Shown here one piece after another: positions 11,874 to 24,013 of a stretch of DNA of 64,000 nt; positions within the stretch are counted from its first letter, which is position 1; each line of letters begins with the position of its first letter. The DNA is taken from assembly GCA_965202585.1 (NCBI GenBank), contig OZ241832.1:48918001-48982000 (forward strand), in the 5' to 3' direction. The translations under genes were made by a program, and so were the position numbers. The notes under the pieces are model-generated. The model saw only the letters and a program-made list of their open reading frames with translations, searched no databases and was not told the origin of the DNA. This stretch comes from Thalia democratica (taxonomy: Eukaryota).

Positions 11874-14800
11874 GTTTTACACGCAGTTTCACAGTTTTTG
11901 AAGGAAGCATAATTTAATTTAGCTTTTATATAATTAGAACAGAAGTTAAGTAGCATTTACAAAAGTGTTACTGAAATTAGTTTATAACACTACTTTTTAG
12001 TAGCCCTTTACATTAAAAAATTCAATTTATAAACTTAGCGACCATGACTTTTCTATTTTAATATCTATTTGAAATTTAAGTGTTTCAAAACCACACTTTA
12101 CCTTATTTATTCTATCACTGAAAAAATGACATACCTGTGTTTCAAGCCAATAACAAGACATTAAACTTTCTCTGTGGTGAATGACTCGATGATCGAAACG
12201 TTTTTTTCGTATAAAAGGTACTTGAACCAAATTTTTTAAGCATATTTTGTTTAGCGCTCAATTTTTGATTGTTTAATGTTTTTATCTAGCCCAAATGAAT
12301 TTACTTATTTCAAAAGTAGTACAGACCCCAGTAGTTATGTTAAAGCAAATTCATACCCAAGCATTTTAATCGAATAAAGTTATAACAACTTTACGCTTAT
12401 AATTTTTTAAATATGTTAGGTTTTTTTGTATTTAATAAATACAGTTTGCTATCAAAAGCTATAAATAAAAGTTTTTTAAAACGAGCTTATCTTATTTTTT
12501 ATATAGTTAAACATGAGTGGTAACAAGTTATTCTTATTTTATTTATATTATATTGGCAATTAATAGTATAAAAATATTTTTGTTGAAACAAAATCTACAA
12601 AAATATTAAACTAAACTACTTTATAATGTTTTTCTAATTATTTATAGAACATGATTGTGACTACTATTTTAATTGAGAAAATATAATGTATAAAATAAAC
12701 ACCTCGATATAAATAGAAGTTTTAAACTAAAATTATTAATGAAAAATATTTTTTTATAGTTTGGTTATTTTTGTAATTAATTTACGAAAGTCTATAATAA
12801 AAAACATTTTACTCAAATTATTTATTTTATACTAATAATTGAAATATATTTTGTACAATTCAAATGCAAAAGTGTTATTTTATGGTTCTCAATTTGTTAT
12901 GGGCATAAATACTTTAGCTAATAAAAAAATATTAATGGGTTATAAAGCAAGTTTAAAGGGTTTTTATTTTATAAGAGTTCTCTTTATAAAATAAAAAAAT
13001 GTCTTTATACTTTATTCATAAATAATAAGAAACACTTTAAAACTAAGTAAAAAAACGTAGCTGACTTAAATATAAAAACTTTAATATTTTATTAATAGGT
13101 GGCAAGGCAAGCTCATACGTAAAGTAGCACATATGAGTAATAATTTTGATTGATCACACTCATGTTTTTGTAACGAATTGGTCTGAACTTGTTTAAACCA
13201 CAAAAAACATAAATTTAAAAAATTTAATTTAAATACTGAACGCAAACTACAGTTAGTATCTGTTTTAACAAACAAGCATTGTTGTTTGATAAACTAAAAT
13301 TAGCTTTGTAGGTTATTATTTTCACACAAAGCTATTTGTCAAAAAAAGTTGAAACGAATAGAATGCATTTTACCACTACATTTTGTAAAAATTCCCATTA
13401 GATCAAATATACAACTTTATGTATTATTTGTTTTAAATTCATGTATTAGCTCATTATTAAACTTAGACAGTTTATTGTCTTTTAATAAACTGTAAGTAAG
13501 CATGTTTTAAAATATTAATTAGCAATTAATTTTCGAATCTTATAGCCCTAAACTTTTAGCCCTTATATTTAAAATTGATTTTTTTCGTAATAACTACTTC
13601 ATTAGCTACTTAGCTTTCATCATAAGATATATTTTTTTCACTTGTATTGTATAGTCTTAAGTTTGCTAAATTTTTGAGCTAATTGCTTATTTAGTATTCA
13701 CTTTTCATAACATTTTAATAATTTTTTTTAAAGAATTTTTAGTTTATTTTAAACATCAACGAGCTCTTTCAGCGAAACTTAATTAGCCAAAAATAGTTAA
13801 ACTAAATTAAAACATATACTATTCTATTTTAAATATTGTTTTTTTTTATAACAAGTTAATGTGATTTTAAAGTTTAATCAAGTGTTAGTACACAAAGTTT
13901 TACAAATTTAATAAAGCTTTTTTCTCTTTTTTTAAATAAGTTGCAAAAGTTTAAAATTATATCAAAGAAATGTAAACACTTTACTAAGTTTTGTAGTACA
14001 ATTGAAAGAAAAGTATTTAAAAAAAATATATAAAGTGTACTCAGCAAACTTTCTTAAAACAAGTTATCGTTGTACAAATCAAATGTTCAACTTTTTTTGC
14101 CTTAAAAAAAATAAAAAATAAAAACTACAATTTAAATACTTTTCAATTAAAACTGAAAGAAACACATGTATATTATATTTTAAAATCATCAGTTGTATAT
14201 GATTCTGCACTCTTGCACTGTTTGAAACGACATTGAAGTTTAAAGTCACTTTCTTAAAAATCGACTGTTGAATCTCAAAATAAAAGAGTTGACTTTCCGT
14301 TGAAGTAGAATAATATTCACGCGATGACAGGTGAGAGACGGGAATACGGGTAGCGTGATAGAATACACTTGACATAAGCTCGCACGGTGATTACTTCGAC
14401 ACATTTCTTTTCACACACACTGTTTTTCGTCACCCCACTTTTGTACACTTTAATTTAATGCCTGAAACTGAAAAACAATTTAAGTTTTTTCTTTTATTAC
14501 GTCATTAAGTTTACAAAAAAAAAATCTAGTTGTAAAAAAGTTTAAACTTTTTATTTACAAAAGTTAACTAATTTTTAAGTTATAATAACTACTTTGATAA
14601 AAAATTAGTGCAGTTTATACAAAAGGATATGTGTTTGAAAAGACTTTAGCTTAATAAGCAACTTATTTTTTATAAGTATATAACTTTATGTACTTGTAAG
14701 CTTTAAAGATGTAAATATTTTTATAACCTTTTAATAAGCACATTAAAAATAAAAAAATTGATCAGTTATATATTTTGTAAATACAGGTTAAATGTTTTCT

Positions 14801-15059
14801 TCTTAAATGTAAAATTACTTTGATTTAAGAATATAACGATTTTGTTATTATTTCTTTTTAAATTTAAACTAATCAAAGTATAAGTAAATGTATACAAATG
14901 TACAAATTAACAATTGTTAATAAATATTAGCACTGTTTTTATTGGTAATTCATTACTGCTTTGTAGTTTTAAATGATTGAAAATTAAATTTTTAAGTTTT
15001 GCAATCAAATAAATTAAAATCAAAATCGTCTTTGTCTAAACTATTGGTATGTTTGAAAA

Positions 15060-15420
15060 GTTAACAAACACAATGGCGGGATGGCCACTGATAACAATCT
15101 GAAAAGTTTCAACAGCAGCACTAGTGCAGATAAACGTAAAGTTGACTGAAAAGAAAGCGACAGTTGGTTAATCTGACGCAAAATATTAAAGTTTTCCATC
15201 AAAAAAGAGTTATCTTCGCGCGACGACAACTGAAAGATTTGAAATTGTGAAGAAAACGTCCCGCGGAGTTGAAATAAAACTGATAGAAATACTCGACTGC
15301 TGCCTTTTCACGCAAATTACCGCGACACATTTCCAAAAGTTACTTCTAGATAAAACTTGCGAGGTGTGTTCTGTTGAGCTTAGATCGGAATCGAACCTTG
15401 AAGCACAGCTTGTTTTAAAC
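15060..15420. promoter_or_regulatory. CpG-rich promoter-like island with a YY1-like motif and an isolated Pol III B-box
   Basis: caATGGCGG at 15071-15079; GGTTCGATTCC on the minus strand at 15397-15387; many CpGs relative to the flanks. Confidence 0.4.
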
Positions 15421-17448
15421 ACTTTATATGCAAGAAAAAATGTTTGATAAATTGTTGGAAACAGTTTTGCCTTAACATGAAAAAAATGGATAAAAATATA
15501 TTATTTTAAACAAAATCTGCACAAAACTTAACATTTAACTTCATTCAGCGTGAAAAAAACTTTAAACAACAATAATTGCTTAAATTAAAAATAGTTGTAC
15601 ACTACTTTCAAACATTATTAATACTTTATTAAACTTTGAACTAATGCTATACAGTTTACAACTAAAGCTTAAGAAAAGTACTAAAAGTATTTTATAGAAT
15701 ACTATAATTATTAATGATTTTTTTTTCATGCTAAACAAAAAAAAAATTTTTTTTATACAAAAAACCACTTTGTTTTTTATTATAAGCTTTATTGCTTAAA
15801 AAAAGACCTAATCATTTTAAGATTCAATACAATAACTTTTTTTTGCTAAATTTGTTTTTAAAACGCCTAATCTAAATATTTTTGTAATTGCATCTGATTA
15901 AATAAAACTGTATTGGATTAAATTTAAACTAACAGTTTCACAACGTTGCTTGTTTTTTGTTTATGGTATTAAAAAAAGTAAAACACAATTCATTTGTAAT
16001 TAAGTTTTAAGTGTTTTTTGCTGAAGTTCCTACTCCAAAAATGCTCACACTAATTGAGTATAACGGCATACTTTTAAATTATGTGAAAAAGCAGTATTTT
16101 TTTATTTAATTTAACAAATTACATTTTTCAGTATAATTTTGTTAAGTAATAAAAAAAAAAAAAAAATTAATTAAGATCAGAAAACTTTAAGTGACGAAAA
16201 GTTTTTAAAAAGTTTTCAAAAATCAACTTTTTATCAGTTTTTCGCTTGAAACTTTTGATAACTTACAAATAGTAGCTCATATTTATTTATAATTTTTGAA
16301 TAAAAAAACAGTAAATTAAAAAGAAATGCAAATAATGAAAGTTATATTGCACTTTTTTAAAAACATTTTAAATGTCCAATCTATCATTATAAATAAAATT
16401 TGTATAATTCTAACTTAAAATTACTATCTTATAGCGAAATAAAAATAATAACTTACTAAAAAAAGTGTTTGTAGATCAAAGCACTATAAATTATCTTAAG
16501 TGTTATTTAAATTATGCTTAAAATATACAAACTTTTTTAATAACAAACTTGCTTACTTAACTGCATTAATTACTAATTTTAAAGAAACTTTAGCTTTTAG
16601 GACCAAATTTCTAATACTTTAGCTTTCTTAAACAAATAATATAGTCAATTTTGTTAGTTTGAACTTAATTTTTGTTAAATTTATTAGAAAAAACTTATTG
16701 TTATAGTTTAATTAGCTTTTAGCGTTCGCATTGCAAAAACTTTATTACTATGATTAGCTTTACAAAAAATTAACTTCAAATTAAATCTTACAAATTTATA
16801 AAAGCTATAAGACGAAAATTAATTTTAAAGAATCTATTGAAAAAGTACAACTAACAACAAATGTGAAGCATTTAAAAATTTTTCAACAATTAGTTTAGAG
16901 TTTAAATACTATCTTATAGTATACTATACTTTATAGTTCTAACACAATTGATTATTTTACTTAGAATAACCATAACTATGGAGGTATAAGTTCTTATTTT
17001 AACGTTAAAGTTGATAGCTTTAGTTATTATAGAGTTTAATTGTAATAAAAAGCTTAAATAAGATAAAAATACTTTTACATTGTTGATATAATTTTTTTTT
17101 ATCTTTTTTGTTTCTTTTAGTTCCAAGTTTCATAAAGTCCTTCTGTTTGTTTATATACTGTTAAAAATATCAATAGTTTGATTTTTTGATAAATCAACTG
17201 ATCTCGTAGAAGGGTATTCTATATTTATACTATAACAATTCAAATAAAATGTGCTTTGCAAATATAAATAATAAGAAATATATATTTCTTTCTCTTTTTC
17301 ATATAAACTACAAATAATTTCCTATTTTTTTAAACCTAAGAAGTTATAATATATCTACATATTCTTAGTTTTGCTGGTTATTTAAATCAAAACAGAAAAC
17401 GTTTATCGTTGCAAGGGGTAGAGTTTGAGACTGATGTTTTTTTACCAT

Positions 17449-17474
17449 AAAAAAAAAAAAAAAAAAAAAAAAAA
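17449..17474 (+). repeat. Poly(A) tract, 26 nt
   Basis: Direct count; possibly a retroelement tail or an internal MITE tract. Confidence 0.85.
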
Positions 17475-20400
17475 CACTATTGTAGTATTTCTTGAATGAT
17501 TGCTGTCCTTAAAAAGAAGGTATTTGTGGTGTGGAACTCAATAACAAAAGGTTTTTTAAGCCTTAGGTCCTAAGATCAAATATTTTGAGCATATATTTTT
17601 TTGTTAAATAGACTATTATCTATTCAGGCGCAATTGATTTTTTTGTACATGTCTTTGGCTTCTGGTTTTGGTCTTCCAACCTGCTACTTCTTTTCAGGTT
17701 TTTTATTATTACTTAAGCTATAACCCCACATTTGACTGATTAAGTTATTGAAGGTTAATTTTTCAACATTTTTAATCAAAGTTTCTTTAAAACTATAGTT
17801 TTTAATGTCAATTTTATTAATTTCTATTTTTGATTTGAAATTTTTATAATATATATGTCTAAATTTGTTACTTTGTGACTTTTAATAACTTCCATTTTTA
17901 TTTTAAGTTTTTTAAATGTATATTTTCTTTCTAAAAGTATTTTTGTACCCTCAAGTACAAAAAGTTTTAACATAAATAATAATAAAGCATCGTTTTTAAA
18001 AAGATTAAAGTTGTTGAATATAATATTAAAAGAAAATATTTATGTATCAGCTGATTGATTATGTCCTTAAGCGTAATAAAGCATTTAATGAATTAAATTT
18101 TTTAAATTTAATAGCAAACAATTTAATTGATATCTTTGTTTTATAAAATTAATTCTAAAATATAAAACAGATTTTTATTTTTTTTTGTTTTACTTGTTTT
18201 AATTCGGCTAACAGTTATATAAATTTTAAGATATTTTATGATGGTACTATTTTTAATAACAAATTTAAACAAGCTCTAATATTTTACTGTAATAATTTTT
18301 TCAATAAGTAAATGGTTGTTATTCTGTTAATAAATGTTGTTTAGTGGCTTTTTTAGTTCTAATTTTTTTTCTTTAATTTTAAAAACTAGTTGAATGATCA
18401 AACTGTGAGCTATTTTTTACAATAAAAGACTATGTGAACTGTAATCTCTAAAGTATTGTCAGATAAAATTTCAACATGTACTACATAATATATAGTGTAA
18501 TAAGGCATTGGATCCTTGTAATCCAAACAAGCAGTCTGTTAAAAATCAAACAACTGTTTGTATTGCAAATACTTTACTAACTTACAAAATATGCAATTTA
18601 TAATATACTAACAGCTTTGCAGAGTCTGTAAAAGGTTAACATACATTAAAAAAACATAAATAACTTTGTATTGCTATATCACATATGATCTATATAAACA
18701 TGTAATTGTAAGTAAAAACCAAGTATTAAGGTGTTTTTAAGAGTAAAAAACTAGGTTTAAACATTGAAGTTTTAAGGTTTTATTCAAAAACATCAGTATA
18801 GTTTTATGATAAGAACTTGCTTAAGGTTTAAATTATTATAAAAAATAACAATAAAAATTACTTGAAAGAATAAATTCATTATTTATCTTCTAGTAGTTGA
18901 GATCTCTTTATTTGTTTTCTTAAAACCAAAACATATAATAAAAAAACATGTATTAAAGATTATAAACAAACAAAAACATTTTTTGTAATTGTTAAAAAAA
19001 CAGTACAAACAAAGTTACCAAAATTGTTCAAAGGATTTCAGTAAATTTTTTTATTGCAAGGCTACCTTTAATAAAAGTCATCTTACCGTGCACAAAGTTA
19101 TCTTCAAATTAAATTTAAACAATTATTTATTCTCTTATTGCCTTAATATAATCTAAACATATAACAATAATTAAGTTATGTTTTAAAACAATTAAATAAT
19201 TTCACATTTTCTGCCGAACTCTGAAAGTACTTTTCCGCCAACCTTGTTTTTTTACAATACAATAGTTTTTTTTAAAGAAACATTTTTAAGTTTAAGTTTT
19301 GACTGTTTACTATAGTCCTTAACTTCAGCTATTGATTAATGTAGTATTGAAATTTTTTATATTTTTATATAAAACTATAAACAATATTTGCTTCTATTTA
19401 AGTATATTAATTTAAACTTTTTATTTAATTTATCTTTTTTGCTTTTAAAGTATTATTTTAGTCACTTTATTTATAGTGACTAGTGATTGCTTTCAAATCT
19501 ATGGTTGCAGCAAAAAAAATTTCATCTGTTGACCAATTAATTGATTTTTGTTATCAAATCTTTATTATATAAATAAAGTACTATTAACTTATATATTTAA
19601 GTAAAAACTTAACAAATTTAAGGTATTTGATGTATTATCTTTAAATTGAATAAATTTTTTTTTTTTTTTTATAACATATGTATATACCCTTGCCTTGAAA
19701 ACTAATAGCCATTATCCTTAATTAAAAATGCTGGTCATACTTGAAGAGTTTGAGGGTTGAAAATTATTTCCATTTAAAATCTTTTGTATTGAATTAGTTT
19801 GGTGGTTTAAATAAAAAAAAAGTTTTAAAATCGGTTAAAAATTAAAAAATCACAAACTGAAATGTTGACTATTGAATAAATGTACTTATTCTAATAGATG
19901 TTCTTTGTCTTGCATATTGTTTGTTTGTATTTTAAACTTTTTGTATTTTTTTTTACAAAATTGTGTTTATTTATGTTTTTTGTTTAATTATAACAACAAG
20001 CTACTAACTAATTCTTTAAACTATTTTTATTTAGTCAGTCATATCGATTTATACAAATGACTATGTAAATTAATTCTTTTAGATTATTTTATGTACCCTT
20101 GTAGTCTATATAAAAAAATTTTTTAGCATTTTTTTCTACTAATTGTGATATGGTTGTTGCTATTAAAAAAAATCTTCACTCACCTTGTATTTCTATTATT
20201 GAGGACATGCCACTCTTTATATTATATATCAATTATGTTTTGCATTTCTTATGTAAAGCAGCTTTTGTTTTCTCTTTGTTATTTTATAATAAAACCAATA
20301 GTCTTTACTTTTCTAGTTATCTAGACACGTTTAATTATCTTTTAAAATGAAGCTAATTTTGATTTTTGTTCTTTTTTAAAATACTTGGTGTGATATTTAG

Positions 20401-20909
20401 AATTGATTGTTGAATAATTGTTTTGAACTGCATTCTAATAAACAATATATTTTGTTTATCGAACAACAATAAAAAAGCACTAAAATTTTTAGATGACCTG
20501 CTGAGTCGGATGTTGATTCATACACCACAGACACACTTTAATGTTTTGTCCAGGAATAGTAATTATGATTATTTAAATTTGTAACGCTTAATTATAATAA
20601 GCAATTTAAAAGAAATTTTTTAAGGCTATAGGAAAATTTAAGTTTTATCCTAGATTGCATACTTAATTTTTAATAAAAAGAATTGTAACAAGTTTTAAAA
20701 ATATAGTAATAGCAATGAAAATAGACTATTAGTTTTTATGGAAGGATAAAAAAATTTTAAAAATAAGTTCACCAAAGTTACATTTGTTTAATTAAAGCAT
20801 CCTTGAAACTTTAATAGTTTATTAAATGTTTATTATAGTACTGTAAAATTTTTTTATTGTATTTTTTCTATAAAAAATCTCAATAAAGTTTATCAGAAGT
20901 GATAGTATA

Positions 20910-21219
20910 CAGGGTGCCACACACTTAGGATACTCAAAATAATTCAGGATGGTTTGAAATTTATAATGATGATAACTCAAGCTAGTTTGGAATTATTTTA
21001 AATCTCTTTGATTTACTTATAAACAGATACTAAAACTTCAGGATAGTATTAAGACTTTTGAAAATATCATTCCAGTTTTTGTTCTAGATCTTAAATAAGA
21101 TTAAGAAGATTTTAAATTTATTTAAGATTAAAAAAAAACAGAATGACAGTTTAAGGTCACTTAGGAAAATTTTTGGTCACTCAAAATACTTTATTTTGAC
21201 TTCAAGAGTAGCAACCCTG
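20910..21219 (+). mobile_element. MITE, CAGGGTTGCCAC-TIR family, copy 1
   Basis: Left end cagggt-gccacacac; right end gtagcaaccctg; internal homology to copies 2 and 3. TSD not clear. Confidence 0.8.
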
Positions 21220-21707
21220 TGTCTAACTTATTATTAGTTTAAAGGGACGACCAATTTCCAGTTTGCTTTCAGGTTTCATCAGATCATTTTCCATTCAAGT
21301 AATTTCTTATTTGTACAGTTTCCATTCAAGTTATATATCACTATCTCAATAAAAACAAAGTATTTCCCATCTAAATTAATTTCCAGCACATTGATAAACT
21401 ACCAACCAAGTATTTCACATTGATTATTTTACACACAATCCTAGTTATTAAATTTTTATTTAAATCAATTCATCATAAAATCTACATTCTAATTTTTAAA
21501 ATTTTTAGTAAATTTATCATGTATAAGTGTCATGGTTGTATTTTCCATAACATTTTACAATTAATTTCATAAAAATGTTTATAAATATCGAATTCTAGTG
21601 ATTAAAATACTATTACTTAGTTTAATAACGATATAACTTAAGGTAATCTTAGTTATAATTTATAAAACTTACCGCTTACTATGGTCTGACTGTTTTTTGT
21701 AACAATA

Positions 21708-21897
21708 AATGATATTTTATAAAGACTTTAAATCAACCTGGTAGCTTTTGGTCAACTGATGCACCTATGTAATATTTATCACCTTAAATCTGTCATTACA
21801 AAAACTGGTTTTTAATTGAATAGATTTGAACAAACTGGAATTTTATTTATAGACTTGAACATTATGGTAGTTGGCGTAAAGATTTTTTAATAAACTT
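21708..21897 (+). mobile_element. Probable decayed non-LTR retrotransposon (CR1/L2-group) reverse-transcriptase fragment
   Basis: Across stops and frameshifts it reads NDIL...STD....YL...I...TGILFIDL...KI(F/L)..KL. This follows the order of the RT segment N.ILY.YQSGFR..HSTD.CL.YL.D.I...TGMILIDL.KAFD..DH.ILL.KL. Heavily degraded and aligned from memory. Confidence 0.38.
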
Positions 21898-22430
21898 AGT
21901 TTTACTTTGTAGATGTTTTACCAAGCACATGCTGCTTTTTACCATTTTTTGAAAACTCAAAGGAACTTCAAGATACAGCTGGATTAATTTTATAGACTTT
22001 AGTGTTGAAAAAATACTATTTAATTAAGTTTTTTTCTTCAGTTTAAAAAAAATTCTTTTTAAAAACTTTTAGTCTTTACTAAAACAAACAATCATGTTAT
22101 CTTTATTTATCACTTCCAAATTAATTTTTTGAAAAATAAAGAAAATAAATTTTACTTCTATTCAGTTGTTAGTCAAAAAACTTTAGTTTTGTTTATGAAA
22201 AAAAAAATCCTTCATAGGTTTTTAGTAGAAACTTAAAAACTGACTGTACTCTGACTATTAAAAACTGACTATTAAAACAATAACATAACTTGAATAGGAA
22301 TTGATCACTAGGAAATATATGAAAATGATTAAGATAAAAAATAGTTTTGTGCATACTTGTTGGATGAGAAAAGAGTTTAGTTGGAAGTAATTTAGATTAG
22401 TATTAAGATGTAAATTAACAGTATACACAA

Positions 22431-22771
22431 CAGGTTTGCCACACACTCCAGATACTCAGGATAACTCAGAATAGTTTGAACTTGTTTTTATACTGAGGTT
22501 GACTCAGGCTTGTTTGAATTTTATTTTCTAAACTGAGACTATTTCTGATATTTTTTGTAAATCTCAGACTAATATTTTTTCTTAATTTTTTAAAAGTTCT
22601 TTTTGTTAATATTTTGATAGTGTTTGGTATTTTTGATTAAAGAACAGTAATTTTTATCAATTTTTTTTAGTTTTTTTATAAACTCAAGCTGACTTAGGCT
22701 GGCTTGATGTAACTAAGGCTAGTTTTTGGTTACTAAGTCTGAAATTTTTGCCTTAAAGAGAAGCAATTCTG
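22431..22771 (+). mobile_element. MITE, CAGGGTTGCCAC-TIR family, copy 2 (right TIR decayed)
   Basis: Left end caggtttgccacacactccagatactcaggataactcagaa; repeated actcag motifs; degenerate right end gaagcaattctg. Confidence 0.7.
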
Positions 22772-22950
22772 AGTTACCAATTTAAAATACTATCAATAAC
22801 TGTTATGAATTTTTCAATTTTCAGTAGGAGTGTAATTTTTTATGCTTCAATGTAAAATAAAGTTAAGCCATATCCGGGGTCAAAATAAAATCCAGTTACA
22901 TTTTATTTCAGACACTTGTACAATTGTAAATCAATTCAAAATTGCTTCTA

Positions 22951-23138
22951 AAGCTCAAAACAAATCTGTCCAATGAAACAATAAACCAAACTAGTGTTCA
23001 AAGCTTTCATTATTTATTGACATTTTCAATGATTCAAGCGGCTTGTTCAAATAGAATCATTGAAAGTTTCAATAAATGATGAAAGCTTTGAACACTAGTT
23101 TGGTTTATTGTTTCATTGGACATATTTGTTTTGAGCTC
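22951..23138. repeat. 188-bp near-perfect palindrome (foldback or TA-flanked MITE; possible hairpin RNA)
   Basis: 84-nt arms at 22952-23035 and 23054-23137 with 4 mismatches and an 18-nt loop; TA on both flanks (22949-50, 23139-40). Confidence 0.93.
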
Positions 23139-23696
23139 TAGTATTAATTTTGTACTTTTATACTTCAATGTTTATTTTTTTCTGTTCGAGTGTTCTTATG
23201 TGTCAGGATAAGTCCAGCTAAGTGTATTTTTTTAACAATTCAAGCAAAATATAAGTTTTTGTCGTTTAAAATGCTTAAAAACTTGTGAGTTGTTTAAACA
23301 AGTTTTAAAATCGTTTTTTAAGTAGACTAACTAACTGTGATTCATTTCTAAATAAAGATTCGGTTTTTGTAACTTTAATTTTATGAAACCAAGGGCATGT
23401 TATTGGAAATTTTTCAGGATATGTCAGTACTTATGCTAGAAATTATCTGAGTTTCTAAATGAAATTTGAAAACTATTTGTTTTATTTTGAATAAGTTATC
23501 ATTCTGCAAATTTCCTTCTGAATAAGCAATTGTTTTTTTAGTCCATATTTTAAAGAAATAGCATTCTGAAAGAACAAGGTTAGTGTGTCCGTAGATTCAA
23601 GATCAGACTTCTCAAATTCTTATTGTATTATCTAGAAGCCATATCTAATAAAACAAACTGAGCTAATAAATAAAAATGTACTAAAACTTTTTATTA

Positions 23697-24013
23697 CAGG
23701 GTTGCCACACACTCAGAATAACTTAGAGCAGTTTAAAATTTAAAACAATCTAAGGATGACTCAGGCCAGTTTAGTTTTTTATAAAAACAGAACACTGTTT
23801 TAAGATTTCTAAATATCTCAGGCTAGTTTTTCCTAGATTTTGAATTTGATTTAGTTGATTTAGTTTCAATACTTTGTTAACTTATAACCAATTTTGTGAA
23901 GAACTTGATTTTAATTTACAATTTTTTTTAATGTTTCCAGAGCATTTGTAAAAACTCAGGATGTCTCAGGACTGTTTAAGGTCACTCAGAAGACTCTAAA
24001 AGTGGCAACCCTG
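23697..24013 (+). mobile_element. MITE, CAGGGTTGCCAC-TIR family, copy 3 (perfect 12-bp TIRs)
   Basis: cagggttgccac at 23697-23708 and gtggcaaccctg at 24002-24013; six (a/t)ctcag(g/a) sub-terminal motifs; flanks ttatta / ctatta. Confidence 0.88.

Noticed and set aside
12962-12998. About 15-bp A/T inverted repeat (similar one at 3219-3288)
   Set aside because: Almost pure A/T homopolymer arms, expected by chance at this composition.
14079-15447. Track ORFs 14079-14375, 15041-15229, 15210-15422 and 15247-15447 as protease 5' exons or small genes
   Set aside because: No suitable phase-2 donor on the minus strand and no homology recognised; better explained as CpG-island sequence.
17619-17882. 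Minus-strand stop-poor stretch (KSQSNKFRH...SQMWGYSL...; shifted frame EVAGWKTKTRSQRH)
   Set aside because: K/N/I-rich translation reflects A-richness, with no start, splice signals or recognisable domain; at most a decayed TE.
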